Assembly (NCBI GenBank): GCA_039925965.1
Contig: JBDSXW010000051.1
Coordinates: forward strand, 64,954-128,953
Direction of reading: 5' to 3'
DNA from: Chitinophagaceae bacterium
GTDB lineage: Bacteria; Bacteroidota; Bacteroidia; Chitinophagales; Chitinophagaceae
Length of the DNA stretch: 64,000 bases
The translations under genes and the position numbers were made by a program. Positions 19,460-29,656 of this stretch are shown one piece after another (the stretch's first letter is position 1; each line of letters starts with the position of its first letter). Below the pieces are notes generated by a model. That model made no database searches. It saw nothing but the letters and a program-made list of their open reading frames with translations, and was not told where the DNA came from.

Positions 19460-19496
19460 CGAAAGCCCCGTTCACTTTTCAGGAACGGGGCTTTCG
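19460..19496. terminator. Bidirectional hairpin terminator (14-bp stem)
   Basis: cgaaagccccgttc / gaacggggctttcg with a 9-nt loop, between convergent genes. Confidence 0.8.
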
Positions 19497-19518
19497 ATTA
19501 TATAAGGTTAAGAATAGT

Positions 19519-22500
19519 TTAGTTGAAATTCAGCCTTACACCCAACTGGCTGATCCACCTGGCGCTGTAGGCCGGGACCACGCTGGTGCTCACCGTGTAC
19601 GGCGTGCGACTGTTGTTCAGCGGATTAAACCGGTAAGTCGGCGTGTTGGCCACACCTGCAATCGTGCTGTAACCTGCGAACGAGATGATCTGGTATGAAT
19701 CGTTTGACAAGAAATTGCTACGGCCCCAATCGCGGTTCAGCATATTGGTAAAGTTGAATACATCGTATGAAACCTGTATCTGGTAGCGATTTTTACCGAA
19801 TTTCAAAGTCAGGTCCTGGGCTATTTTCAAATCTACGACATGGGTAAAGGGCAAACGGCCTCCGTTTCTTTCAGCAAATTGTCCGCGACGCTTTTTCAGG
19901 TACTTATCATTGCTGATATATTGGTCTAAAGCAGCTGCCTGCTGAGTAGGGGTATAAATGGTTCCCGAAACAGTATTGCTTAGGAATTGGTTATTTCCTA
20001 ACCAGCCTGTGATCTCAGAAGATGTAGGAACGTAAATCAGGTCATTGCCGCCGCTGGTTCCATCGTCACGTGTCATGCTGTTCTGGTACACATAACTGAA
20101 AGGGTTACCACTTTGACCATTGTACACCAGGGAAACGGTAGTTGCCAGTTTCTTGTTGGCATAAGTAAATTTCTTACTCGCAAAAGCGAAGATTCTGTGA
20201 CCCTGATCGAAATCGCTTGCGCTGCGGCCAATATAGTTACGGCCATTTACCGTTTCCATAAAGCGCCACTGACTGAGGTTTACGCTACTGGTAAGTTCAT
20301 TTACTACAACGCTATTTCCGTAAGCATAGTTGGCGTTAAAGCTAAAGCCATTGGTAAAGCGTTTGTCTACAGTAAAAGTGAAATTGTAAGCAAAGCCCTT
20401 ATCTCCCTTATTATTGCTCAGCAAAATAGCGTTGTCATACGGGTTAGATCCATTAGCATTGATCGGGATGGTAACCGGTATAGGATAAATATTACGTGAT
20501 CCTGGGCCGGCGCTCTGAGCTGTAGGAGGTAAAATGTTGATATTTGTATAGTAGATTTCGTTGATGTTCTTGGTCAATATTCCTTCGAAAGTCAGGTTCC
20601 AGCCACTCCCAAGATTTTTGTCGATGGCGGCAGAAGCACGGAAAATCTTCGGCAACTTAAACTCAGCGGTGATTAGGTTCAATCCACCTTTAGTTACGCT
20701 GATTCCAACTTCATTTGGCTTCCATTGTCCATTTGGATCAGGACGGAAACGGATAGTATTCAAAGCAGCGGCATTCTGGCTGCTGCTGGCTGTGTAACCA
20801 CCGATACTTGTTCCATTATTGTTATACACCCCGCCAGGCCATACTAGCGGCACCCGGCCTACGAAAATGCCTACACCACCGCGGATCGTCACGCCTTCTT
20901 CAGGTATTTTATAAACAATACCGATACGTGGTGACAGGGCTACCGGTAATTTAGGTTTTAAGCCACTACGTGCGCCGCCCAGGTCGTAGTATTGTGAAAA
21001 TTTAGGGATGGCAATATTGTTGGTAAATGTGTCAGTAATCGGAGTTGTCACAAAACTGAAATAATCCGCGCGGACACCGTAGGTTAAACTAAAGTTTTGG
21101 CTGGCTTTATATTCATCACCTAAAAAGAAGCCCAAACGCATGGTTTTAAATTTCGCCGCCGACTCGGTTGCATCACCTTTGTTATCCAGTTGACTAAAGC
21201 CATAGATATACTGGTTTGGTTTGGCGTTGGTATAAAAATCAGTGATGCTGCTGTACCGGTAGTTGCCAAAAGTGTTTTGGATGAAAGCATTATAAGCATC
21301 GTTGAACTCAAAATCCACACCAGCACTTACCTGGTGTTTACCAAGGTTCCATAATACACGGTCAAAAATGCTGAGGTTCTTCTGGTCCAGTTTATTGATG
21401 GTGCTGCTGTTATCCGGGCCAATGAAAAGAGATGCGGACGAACCATCAAAGATCTGGATCCTTGGAAATGCATCCCCAATCGGGTTCCTGTCGTCGACTA
21501 CCCGGGTGTAGGTTAACAATAGTTTGTTGCTGAGTCCTTTACCGAGGTTGCTCTTTAATTCACCTGAAAAAGAGTTAGTGGTGCTTGGAAACACGTAACC
21601 ATTGTTGTAAAAATTGATAGAAGTACTGGTACTGGCGTTGGTGTTATTTCTCGTCATTTTATTGTAACGATAACTAAGACTCAGCTTATGATTGTCGCTG
21701 ATATTCCAGTCAATTTTGGCAGCAATACGGTCCGCTTCCAGCTTATCGGGATTATCCAGAAATCCACCTGCATCATAGTTATATTTTCTCCTTATCGTAT
21801 CCCTCAAAGCATTCAGTTCATCCACTTTCAAAACGCCGGTATATTGGCTGAACACAAATGGCTGCGGACGTATGTCGCGTTGTTGCTCTAAACTAACGAA
21901 GTAAAACAGTTTGTTTTTTATCAATGGGCCACCTACCCTGAAACCATAAGTTTTATTGGTAAAATCGGGCAGCTTGGTTGCTGCAGCTTTATCGCCGATT
22001 GGATTTTTGCCAGCCAGATCCTGGTTTCTGAAGAAGTTGTAAATCGATCCACGGGTTTGATTGGTACCGCCACGTGTAGTAGCGTTAATACCACCGCCGG
22101 TAAAGTTTCCAAGTGATACGTCAAATGGAGATATTACCACCTGGAACTGGTCGATGGCGTCGATTGAAATTGGTGATCCGCCGGTTTGTCCACCGTTAGT
22201 TCCGGAGTTGGATAAACCAAATACGTCATTATTTACCGCACCATCTATATAAAAAGCATTCAGCCTGTTATTCTGACCGGCGATGCTGATACCACCTTCT
22301 GCGCTGGTCAGTTTCGCTTGCGGTACTGCCCGAAGGTAATCACTTAGGTTACGGCCAACTGTAGGCAGGTTTTCCATTTTATCGCGGCCGATATTGGTTT
22401 CGCTTCCGCCTTTGCCACTGCTGGCAGCATTTTTATTGGCTACAACGGTTACACCTGCCAGTTCGGCTTTCTTGTCACCAAGTTTAAAATCCACTTTTCC

Positions 22501-22797
22501 CGCCTCTCCCAGGTTCAAAAAGATGTTTTCCTGTTTGCCGGTAACAAAATTTATAAAACTTACTGTCACGGTGTAGGGTCCGCCAATATTCATATTGGCA
22601 ATATCAAACCGGCCGCCGGAGCGGCTTTGCGTTTTATAGCTTGTGCCGGTAGGTTCATGCAAGGCACTGACAGTGGCGCCCACTAACGGTTCGCCATCGG
22701 TAGTTTTTACAAACCCGCTCATGCTACTCGTAGTCGTTTGAGCCCACATCATTGCCGGGAGCGCCATCAGAAAAAATAATAAACTTCTTAATTTCAT
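19519..22797 (-). CDS. TonB-dependent receptor with N-terminal carboxypeptidase-regulatory-like domain (Oar-like)
   Basis: 1092 aa. A signal peptide is followed by SGFVKTTDGEPLVGATVSALHEPTGTSYKTQSRSGGRFDIANM (CarbopepD_reg-like), a plug-like region, and a C-terminal beta-barrel ending in ...LGVRLNFN. No SusD partner is adjacent. Confidence 0.85.
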   Translation of the reverse strand: MKLRSLLFFLMALPAMMWAQTTTSSMSGFVKTTDGEPLVGATVSALHEPTGTSYKTQSRSGGRFDIANMNIGGPYTVTVSFINFVTGKQENIFLNLGEAGKVDFKLGDKKAELAGVTVVANKNAASSGKGGSETNIGRDKMENLPTVGRNLSDYLRAVPQAKLTSAEGGISIAGQNNRLNAFYIDGAVNNDVFGLSNSGTNGGQTGGSPISIDAIDQFQVVISPFDVSLGNFTGGGINATTRGGTNQTRGSIYNFFRNQDLAGKNPIGDKAAATKLPDFTNKTYGFRVGGPLIKNKLFYFVSLEQQRDIRPQPFVFSQYTGVLKVDELNALRDTIRRKYNYDAGGFLDNPDKLEADRIAAKIDWNISDNHKLSLSYRYNKMTRNNTNASTSTSINFYNNGYVFPSTTNSFSGELKSNLGKGLSNKLLLTYTRVVDDRNPIGDAFPRIQIFDGSSASLFIGPDNSSTINKLDQKNLSIFDRVLWNLGKHQVSAGVDFEFNDAYNAFIQNTFGNYRYSSITDFYTNAKPNQYIYGFSQLDNKGDATESAAKFKTMRLGFFLGDEYKASQNFSLTYGVRADYFSFVTTPITDTFTNNIAIPKFSQYYDLGGARSGLKPKLPVALSPRIGIVYKIPEEGVTIRGGVGIFVGRVPLVWPGGVYNNNGTSIGGYTASSSQNAAALNTIRFRPDPNGQWKPNEVGISVTKGGLNLITAEFKLPKIFRASAAIDKNLGSGWNLTFEGILTKNINEIYYTNINILPPTAQSAGPGSRNIYPIPVTIPINANGSNPYDNAILLSNNKGDKGFAYNFTFTVDKRFTNGFSFNANYAYGNSVVVNELTSSVNLSQWRFMETVNGRNYIGRSASDFDQGHRIFAFASKKFTYANKKLATTVSLVYNGQSGNPFSYVYQNSMTRDDGTSGGNDLIYVPTSSEITGWLGNNQFLSNTVSGTIYTPTQQAAALDQYISNDKYLKKRRGQFAERNGGRLPFTHVVDLKIAQDLTLKFGKNRYQIQVSYDVFNFTNMLNRDWGRSNFLSNDSYQIISFAGYSTIAGVANTPTYRFNPLNNSRTPYTVSTSVVPAYSARWISQLGVRLNFN

Positions 22798-23156
22798 AAA
22801 GGGAAAATTTTACAAGGTGCAAATAAACGTTAAAAGCACTTAACTTTCCCATGACCCTGTTAACAAATTATTAGCTGCATTGGTGGAAAACTCCGTATCT
22901 CCCGGGAACTGCACCTTCAAACCGCATTGCCAACTCAGCCCAATTACCGCTTCTGCCTCCATCTCAACCACACTTCGCCAGGTTAGGCCAGTTTTCCACA
23001 GCAACGGCGGTTTAATATACCTGCTCTTGAACTTTGTCCGTCCTGTCTTGTTCGTTACACCTTTTTCCCTAAACCTTGATACCGTCTCCTGATCCTTGTC
23101 CCATGTACCTTCAACCTTCCCCCTTATACCTTATTTTTGCTCCCAAAATTTGAATT

Positions 23157-24362
23157 ATGTTAGATACTATTGAAAGTGCTATAGAAGATATCCGGATAGG
23201 AAAACTGGTGATCGTGGTGGATGATGACGACCGTGAAAACGAAGGCGACCTGATTGGTGCCGCAAGGATGGTGACCCCGGAAATGATCAATTTCATGACC
23301 AAATACGGGCGTGGCCTGATATGTGCCCCCGTGGTGGAAAGTCGTTGCGATCAATTGAAACTGGAACTAATGGTGACCAATAATACCGCCCTGCACGAAA
23401 CGCCATTTACTGTTTCGGTCGACCTGCTGGGGCACGGTTGTACTACCGGCATTTCCGCACACGACCGGGCCAGAACGGTGCAGGCGCTGATAGACCCCAA
23501 AACAAGACCCGAAGAACTGGGAAGACCCGGACATATATTCCCCCTCCGGTCAAAAAAAGGTGGTGTACTTAGGCGCACCGGACATACAGAAGCCACTACC
23601 GACCTCGCCAGGCTCGCAGGATTTGAGCCTGCGGGGGTATTGGTAGAAATTATGAATGACGACGGTACCATGTCCCGCCTGCCCGACCTGGAGATTATGG
23701 CCAAAAAATTCGACCTCAAGCTGATCAGTATCAAAGACCTGATTGAGTATCGCCTCAGGAGAGATACGCTGATAGAAGAAGTGGTGCGGGTAGAGATGCC
23801 CACCAAACATGGTGATTTTAAACTGGTGGCCTTTCGCGACAAAAGCAACGACAATGAGCACCTGGCCCTGATAAAAGGCGAATGGAAACCTGGCGAGGCC
23901 GTACTTACCCGCGTACACAGCAGTTGTTTTACGGGTGATATCCTTGGCAGTCTGCGATGCGATTGCGGCGACCAGCTTACACTGGCCATGAAGATGGTGC
24001 AGGCGGAAGGCAAAGGCGTCATACTGTACATGAATCAGGAAGGCCGGGGTATCGGGTTGGTCAATAAATTAAAAGCTTACAAACTACAGGAAGAAGGCGC
24101 GGACACCCTGGAAGCCAACCTGCAACTGGGCCTCCCCGGCGACGCGAGAGACTATGGCGTAGGTGCGCAAATGCTGCGCCACCTGGGTGTTACCAAATTA
24201 AGACTATTGAGCAACAATCCGAAGAAACGTGTGGGTCTTACCGGGTACGGCCTGGAGATCGTAGAAACGGTGGCCATCGAAACACCTTCCAATCCACACA
24301 ATGAAAAATATATGGCGACCAAGCGGGATAAAATGGGGCACGAGATTTTGATGGAGCAGTGA
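23157..24362 (+). CDS. ribBA: Bifunctional 3,4-dihydroxy-2-butanone-4-phosphate synthase / GTP cyclohydrolase II
   Basis: 401 aa. The RibB part has [14 protein letters not shown]...GHTEA and the RibA part has [22 protein letters not shown]...[11 protein letters not shown]. Confidence 0.95.
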   Translation: MLDTIESAIEDIRIGKLVIVVDDDDRENEGDLIGAARMVTPEMINFMTKYGRGLICAPVVESRCDQLKLELMVTNNTALHETPFTVSVDLLGHGCTTGISAHDRARTVQALIDPKTRPEELGRPGHIFPLRSKKGGVLRRTGHTEATTDLARLAGFEPAGVLVEIMNDDGTMSRLPDLEIMAKKFDLKLISIKDLIEYRLRRDTLIEEVVRVEMPTKHGDFKLVAFRDKSNDNEHLALIKGEWKPGEAVLTRVHSSCFTGDILGSLRCDCGDQLTLAMKMVQAEGKGVILYMNQEGRGIGLVNKLKAYKLQEEGADTLEANLQLGLPGDARDYGVGAQMLRHLGVTKLRLLSNNPKKRVGLTGYGLEIVETVAIETPSNPHNEKYMATKRDKMGHEILMEQ

Positions 24363-24571
24363 TTGGTGGATCAGTTGATTGGTTAATTGGTTACCTCGCT
24401 CATTAGAAAAGAAAGACAACAGAATGATGGTTAAGAAGTCATTTTGTAAATAATGTTGCCCCTTTTTGTGAATAGTAGGTTGGAAATCCAACTGAAATGA
24501 CCGGACAAATATTGGTCATTTAGAGTCTTAATTTTAAATTACAGTATTAGGAATTATTAAAATCATTGCAA

Positions 24572-24790
24572 ATGCTGGAGACATACCATATCAGAGCAAA
24601 AAAGGAATAGGCAGTTTCGTTACTGGAACTTTTGAAAAAAGATGACACAATTGAAGATTTGGAACTACAGGAATTCGAATTGTATGAAATGCAAAAGGCA
24701 GACATAGATAAAGAATTGAAGCTGATAAATGCCAATCCCGACTACCTGATAAAATGGGAGGATGTAAGACAACGCTTTATCAAACCTTGA
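24572..24790 (+). pseudogene. Decayed antitoxin-like gene (in-frame TAG)
   Basis: The frame from the ATG at 24572 reads MLETYHIRAKKE*AVSLLELLKKDDTIEDLELQEFELYEMQKADIDKELKLINANPDYLIKWEDVRQRFIKP*. The terminal TGA overlaps the ATG of the next gene (TGATG). Confidence 0.45.
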
Positions 24791-25083
24791 TGGAGTATAC
24801 TATTTATATTACTCCAACAGCAGTAAATGACATTAGCGAAGCCATCAACTATTATAATAATAAAGTTGCCAGCTTAGGATACAAATTTGCTAGCGATCTT
24901 GAGAGAATTTCAAAGCTATTGCCATGCTACCAAATGGGTACACCGAATGTTATAAAAATGTGAGGGGTAAATTGCTGAAGAAATTTCCCTACCTGATACT
25001 TACTTTATAGAACAGATAATACGGCCAAAACAGTGGAAATAATAAGGATCTACAATACTGCACGCAACCCCTATTGGGCATAA
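24790..25083 (+). pseudogene. Decayed ParE/RelE-family toxin gene (stop plus frameshifts)
   Basis: MEYTIYITPTAVNDISEAINYYNNKVASLGYKFASDLERISKLL... stops at 24961. The expected continuation is found in the other two frames: RGKLLKKFPYLILTL* and YRTDNTAKTVEIIRIYNTARNPYWA*. Confidence 0.5.
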
Positions 25084-25162
25084 AAAAATTATAGATCAGC
25101 ATACTGTAAACAATAATTGACATCCTTCTCACTCAACTATATTTGTCATAAATAGCTGGTGA

Positions 25163-26539
25163 ATGATTTCTTCGATTAACGATTTTCAAAAAGTATTTTT
25201 CATTGGGGTTGCGGGTACGGGCATGAGCGCTATTGCACAATACCTGCATGGTGTGGGCAAAAATGTGGGCGGCAGCGACCGCTATTTCATCACCGGCGAA
25301 GCCAACGAAACCCGGGAAAAGCTAGAAGCCGAAGGAATTCACTGCTTCCTGCAAAATGGCGAAGGCATTGACGAAACCACCGGCCTGGTAGTCGTTTCCA
25401 CGGCTGTGGAAGACACCGTGATAGAAGTACAAAAGGCCAAACAGCTGAACATTCCCATAATTAAAAGAAGTGAATTACTGGCGATGATCGCTGCCAGTAA
25501 AAGAACCATTGCCGTAGGCGGCACCAGTGGCAAGAGCACCACAAGTGCCATGCTTTTTGATATCCTGCAACATGCCAGTATGCACCCTGGCATTATCAGC
25601 GGCGCCGGATTAATCAGCATTATTAAAGAAGGAAAAATCGGCAATGCCAAAACCGGTAGCGGTGAATGGCTGGTGATCGAAGCCGACGAAAGCGATGGCT
25701 CTATTGTACAATACCACGCCGAGATTGGCCTTTTACTGAACGTAGACAAAGACCATAAAGACATTGACATTTTGATGCATATGTTCACTACCTTCAAAAA
25801 CAACTCCGCCAATTTTATCGTCAACTGCTCGCACCCGCTTGCGGCCCGGCTAAGCAGTCATGCATCAGGGGACTTTGCGCTGGATACGGCCACTGGCGCA
25901 GGTTATATCGCATCTGGCTTTTCGCAGCAGGGTCTCTCCATAGAATTTACCATCAATGGCACCGCCTTTCACCTGAATAGTGTTGGTCGGCATAATATGG
26001 AAAATGTGCTAGCCGCGGTGGCAGTGGCTAATCAACTGGGTGTGTCGCTTGCCGTCTGCTCAGAAGCCATCGCAGGTTATGAAGGCATCTACCGGCGCCA
26101 CCAGGTATTAGGTAAAAAAGACGGTGTGCTGCTAATCGACGACTATGCGCATAACCCGGTGAAATGCGCCACCTCTATCCAGGCCTGTCAGCCCATTGCA
26201 CCAAAAGTAATCGCCTGGTTTCAGCCACATGGCTATGGCCCCACCAAATTTTTACGGCATGATTTTGTAGAAGAAATTTCAAAAGTGTTGCGGCCTGAAG
26301 ACGAGATCTGGATGAGTGAAATATTCTACGCCGGCGGAACCGCCGTAAAAGATATCAGCGCCAACGATTTGATCAGCGATCTGAAAGCCACCAGCGTAAA
26401 AGCTTTCTTCGTAGAGCACAGAAATGACCTGGTAAAAACCTTGCGGCCACATTTCACTGAAAACTGCGTCCTGCTGCTCATGGGTGCCCGCGACCCATCG
26501 TTGGAGCAATTCGCAAAAAAAGTCTGGGAAGAATTGTGA
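25163..26539 (+). CDS. Mur ligase family protein, MurC/Mpl-like paralogue
   Basis: 458 aa with FFIGVAGTGMSAIAQYL...GSD (the MurC N-terminal Rossmann motif), the P-loop AVGGTSGKSTTSAM, EADESDGS and DDYAHNP. It is not within a dcw cluster in this window. Confidence 0.7.
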   Translation: MISSINDFQKVFFIGVAGTGMSAIAQYLHGVGKNVGGSDRYFITGEANETREKLEAEGIHCFLQNGEGIDETTGLVVVSTAVEDTVIEVQKAKQLNIPIIKRSELLAMIAASKRTIAVGGTSGKSTTSAMLFDILQHASMHPGIISGAGLISIIKEGKIGNAKTGSGEWLVIEADESDGSIVQYHAEIGLLLNVDKDHKDIDILMHMFTTFKNNSANFIVNCSHPLAARLSSHASGDFALDTATGAGYIASGFSQQGLSIEFTINGTAFHLNSVGRHNMENVLAAVAVANQLGVSLAVCSEAIAGYEGIYRRHQVLGKKDGVLLIDDYAHNPVKCATSIQACQPIAPKVIAWFQPHGYGPTKFLRHDFVEEISKVLRPEDEIWMSEIFYAGGTAVKDISANDLISDLKATSVKAFFVEHRNDLVKTLRPHFTENCVLLLMGARDPSLEQFAKKVWEEL

Positions 26540-26628
26540 TTTTCTGATGTCGGATGCGTGATTCAGATTTTTTGATGTCTGATGCCTGGTTCGGATTTTT
26601 TGATGTCTGATGCCTGATGTCTGATTTA
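26540..26628. repeat. TGATGTC-word array containing two 23-nt direct copies at 28-nt period
   Basis: gattttttgatgtctgatgcctg occurs at 26566-26588 and again at 26594-26616, with a degenerate copy at about 26540-26560. The array starts immediately after the Mur ligase stop codon. Confidence 0.85.
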
Positions 26629-26674
26629 CCGGGACTAACATACACGTCATTTGATCAATAATTCATAGGGTATT

Positions 26675-26745
26675 TTCACACTTCCACATTCCCACATTTT
26701 CTCCATTATTCATTATTCATTATTCATTAATAAATTATCCATTAA
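26675..26745. repeat. CACATT-word array followed by four CATTATT heptamers
   Basis: ttcacacttccacattcccacattttctc is followed by cattatt x3 plus cattaat (26704-26731). The array ends 4 bp before the ATG of the MFS gene. Confidence 0.85.
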
Positions 26746-26748
26746 AAA

Positions 26749-27978
26749 ATGGCTTCCTCCAAACGCAGCCCTGCCATGGGTTTTATCTTTTTAACGCTGC
26801 TAATTGATGTAATCGGCTTTGGGCTGATTATACCTGTGATGCCGGACCTTATCAAAACACTGGGCCATACCGATAACGCCCATGCCGCAACCATTGCTGG
26901 CTGGATGTTATTTACGTATGCCATCACCCAATTTATTTTTTCCCCAATACTCGGCAACCTCAGTGATAAATATGGCCGGCGACCCGTGCTGCTTTTTTCT
27001 TTGTTCGGATTTGGCCTTGACTACCTGCTGCTCTCCTTTGCACCCACGATCGGATGGTTTTTTGTTGGCAGGTTTATTGCCGGTATTACAGGCGCCAGTT
27101 TTACTACAGCCAGTGCGTATATCGCCGACATCAGCAACAATGAAAACAGGGCTAAAAATTTTGGTTTAGTGGGTGCAGCGTTCGGCATCGGCTTTATGGT
27201 AGGCCCATCACTGGGCGGGCTATTGGGCCACTTTGGTACGCGGGTTCCATTTTATGCGGCGGCCGGTCTTTGCCTGATCAACTGGCTCTATGGCTACTTT
27301 GTACTTCCCGAAAGTTTGTCTGAAGAACATCGCAGAGCTTTTAGTTGGAAAAGTGCTATCCCGTTTAAAAATCTGTCTATCCTGAGGCGGTATAAATCGG
27401 TAAATGGATTGGTAGCTTCACTGGTTTTAATCTTCCTGGCCTCCCATGCGGTGCAGAGCAACTGGACGTTTTTCAATATTGAAAAATTTAAGTGGAGTGT
27501 ATTGATCATGGGTTTTTCTTTAACACTCGTAGGCGTATTGGTGGGCGGCGTGCAGGCCGGGCTTACCCGCGTAATCAACCCCAAAATTGGTAATGAAAAA
27601 AGCGTGTACATCGGATTGGCTATGTATGCTCTCGGCTTGCTACTATTTGCATTTGCATCGAAAAGCTGGATGATGTTTGTATTCCTGGTTCCCTATTGCC
27701 TCGGCGGCATCGCAAACCCATCGCTACAGGCCATTATGAGTAGCGAAGTCCCATCTAATGAACAGGGCGAATTGCAGGGAGCACTTACCAGCCTCACCAG
27801 TCTAACGTCTATTTTTGGCCCTATCATCATGACCAATCTGTTTTCATATTTTATCAGCCCGAAAGCGCCTTTCTATTTTGCAGGCGCAGCTTTTCTGTTG
27901 GGGGCTGTATTAATGATCGTCAGCGCTATGCTGGCCTACCGCGCACTGCATGTGAAAAAAGTACCGGCTTTATCATAA
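26749..27978 (+). CDS. MFS transporter, DHA1/tetracycline-resistance-like subfamily
   Basis: 409 aa with 12 predicted TM helices. MFS motif A is in GNLSDKYGRRPVLLFSL and the motif C-like sequence is GPSLGGLLG. Confidence 0.8.
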   Translation: MASSKRSPAMGFIFLTLLIDVIGFGLIIPVMPDLIKTLGHTDNAHAATIAGWMLFTYAITQFIFSPILGNLSDKYGRRPVLLFSLFGFGLDYLLLSFAPTIGWFFVGRFIAGITGASFTTASAYIADISNNENRAKNFGLVGAAFGIGFMVGPSLGGLLGHFGTRVPFYAAAGLCLINWLYGYFVLPESLSEEHRRAFSWKSAIPFKNLSILRRYKSVNGLVASLVLIFLASHAVQSNWTFFNIEKFKWSVLIMGFSLTLVGVLVGGVQAGLTRVINPKIGNEKSVYIGLAMYALGLLLFAFASKSWMMFVFLVPYCLGGIANPSLQAIMSSEVPSNEQGELQGALTSLTSLTSIFGPIIMTNLFSYFISPKAPFYFAGAAFLLGAVLMIVSAMLAYRALHVKKVPALS

Positions 27979-28103
27979 CTACTTAGAGCTATTAAACAAT
28001 GAATCCGGACAGGCTGCGGATTAGCACAGTTGATAAATTTCTTACCTACAGTTGGGCTCAAATTAAAACCTGACTGTATCTTGTTCACTTAAAAAAGTAT
28101 GCT

Positions 28104-28826
28104 ATGAAATATACCTGGATAGCGCTGGCACTGATGATCAGCGGTTGTCATATAAACATGAACAGTGGGGATGATATTAACGGTAATGGTGTCATTAAAA
28201 AAGAAACCCGGAACCTCGGCGGTTTCACCGGTGTCGAAGTGGCAGGCCCTTTCGAAATAATGTTGGTCCAAGGCAGCAGCTTTGGTGTTGAAATCGAAGG
28301 CGATGAAAATCTGCTTCAATATATCGACGTCATTAAACACAATGGCAACGTGGAAATAAGCGAGAAAGATGGCTATGATTTACATAGCAAACGCGGCATT
28401 AAAATCCGGGTGTTGTTGATGGAAGTTAACGAAGTGTCCGTATCCGGCTCTGGCTCGGTAACCAGCGAAGCTCCGGTAAGTAGTCCCGATAAGATGCAAC
28501 TGGATATTGCGGGCAGCGGCGATTTGAACCTGGATGTAAAAGCACCGAATGTATCCGTGGGAATTGGCGGCAGCGGCAAAGCCACGGTAAGTGGAAGCTG
28601 CCGGAAGTTACACGTTGCTATCGGCGGCAGCGGTGACTGTTTCGCCGAAGACCTGCTTAGTGAAGAATGCGAAGCCAGTATTGGTGGCAGCGGCACAGCC
28701 AGGGTGTATGCGAGTGTAAGCCTGAAGGGAAGCGTAGGTGGCAGCGGCGATATCTTTTATAAAGGTAAACCCAAAAATGTGAGCAAATCCATTGGTGGCA
28801 GTGGCAGTATAGAACCGATAAACTAA
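28104..28826 (+). CDS. DUF2807 / head-GIN-domain lipoprotein
   Basis: Lipobox LMISGCH, followed by repeated GSGSV / GSGDL / GGSGKA / GGSGD / GGSGTA strands typical of DUF2807. Confidence 0.75.
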   Translation: MKYTWIALALMISGCHINMNSGDDINGNGVIKKETRNLGGFTGVEVAGPFEIMLVQGSSFGVEIEGDENLLQYIDVIKHNGNVEISEKDGYDLHSKRGIKIRVLLMEVNEVSVSGSGSVTSEAPVSSPDKMQLDIAGSGDLNLDVKAPNVSVGIGGSGKATVSGSCRKLHVAIGGSGDCFAEDLLSEECEASIGGSGTARVYASVSLKGSVGGSGDIFYKGKPKNVSKSIGGSGSIEPIN

Positions 28827-29015
28827 CCAAGCTGAGCTTTCCCGGTGTCTTTTTTTTAGCTGTAAAAATATTCAAAAATCATCAAGCAATGCTCAATTTT
28901 CAATAGAAAGCTTGTTCGGAAACGGAGCCTTTGGGTTTTAAATTTTGATTAATCCTACAAAATATTTCCGGAATATCAACTACTATTAATCGTTATTCGT
29001 TATTTCCGTAAACAT

Positions 29016-29052
29016 AAAGAGAGCCGTTCCAGATACAGGAACGGCTCTCTTT
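29016..29052. terminator. Bidirectional hairpin terminator (15-bp stem) after nusG
   Basis: aaagagagccgttcc / ggaacggctctcttt with a 7-nt loop, 23 bp after the nusG stop. Confidence 0.75.
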
Positions 29053-29074
29053 ATTATTCTTTCGCTGATTGATA

Positions 29075-29656
29075 TTATACCAGCTTCTCTACCTGCATAT
29101 AGTTCAGTTCCACAGGTGTAGAGCGGCCAAATATTTTTACGATTACTTTCAGTTTTTTCTTCTCATCGTTCACATCTTCGATCACACCATTAAAGTCGTT
29201 GAAGGCACCATCGATGATCTTGATGGTTTCGCCAACGATAAATGGTTCACTCATCTGCATACCCTGCTCTCCCATTTCATCTACCTTACCCAGCATTTTG
29301 TTTACCTCTGCACGGCGAAGTGAAATAATATTTCCTTTGGATCCTTTGCCATCGGTAAGAAAGTGCATGATGTTGGTAATGTTGCTGATATGCTGAACGA
29401 TATCGTCGGTAAGCTTACCATTGGCCACTTCCAACATTACATAACCGGGATAATAGTTCTTCTCCCGCATTACCTTTTTGCCGTTCTGCACCTTGTACAC
29501 TTTCTCCATAGGTAAAAACACCTGTTTTACGATTTCCCCCCATGCATTGCGGGTAATATCCTTATCCAGGTATTCTTTTACCTTACGTTCTTTGCCGCTC
29601 ACAACCCTTAGAACGTACCACCTGGTGGTGTCCTGTACTACTATTGTTTCTTCCAT
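29075..29656 (-). CDS. nusG: Transcription termination/antitermination factor NusG
   Basis: 193 aa with WYVLRVVSGKERKVKEYL in the N-terminal NGN domain and a C-terminal KOW (GETIKIIDGAFNDFNGVIEDV). It follows secE. Confidence 0.95.
   Translation of the reverse strand: MEETIVVQDTTRWYVLRVVSGKERKVKEYLDKDITRNAWGEIVKQVFLPMEKVYKVQNGKKVMREKNYYPGYVMLEVANGKLTDDIVQHISNITNIMHFLTDGKGSKGNIISLRRAEVNKMLGKVDEMGEQGMQMSEPFIVGETIKIIDGAFNDFNGVIEDVNDEKKKLKVIVKIFGRSTPVELNYMQVEKLV

Noticed and set aside
22880-23156. Possible FMN (RFN) riboswitch upstream of ribBA
   Set aside because: Only a weak resemblance (aacggcggt vs ACCGGCGGT) was seen. The other conserved RFN elements I remember (GGGTGAAATTCCC, AGCCCGCGAGC, GGTGAAATTCCAAAGCCGACAGT, GGATGGGAG) are absent on the plus strand.
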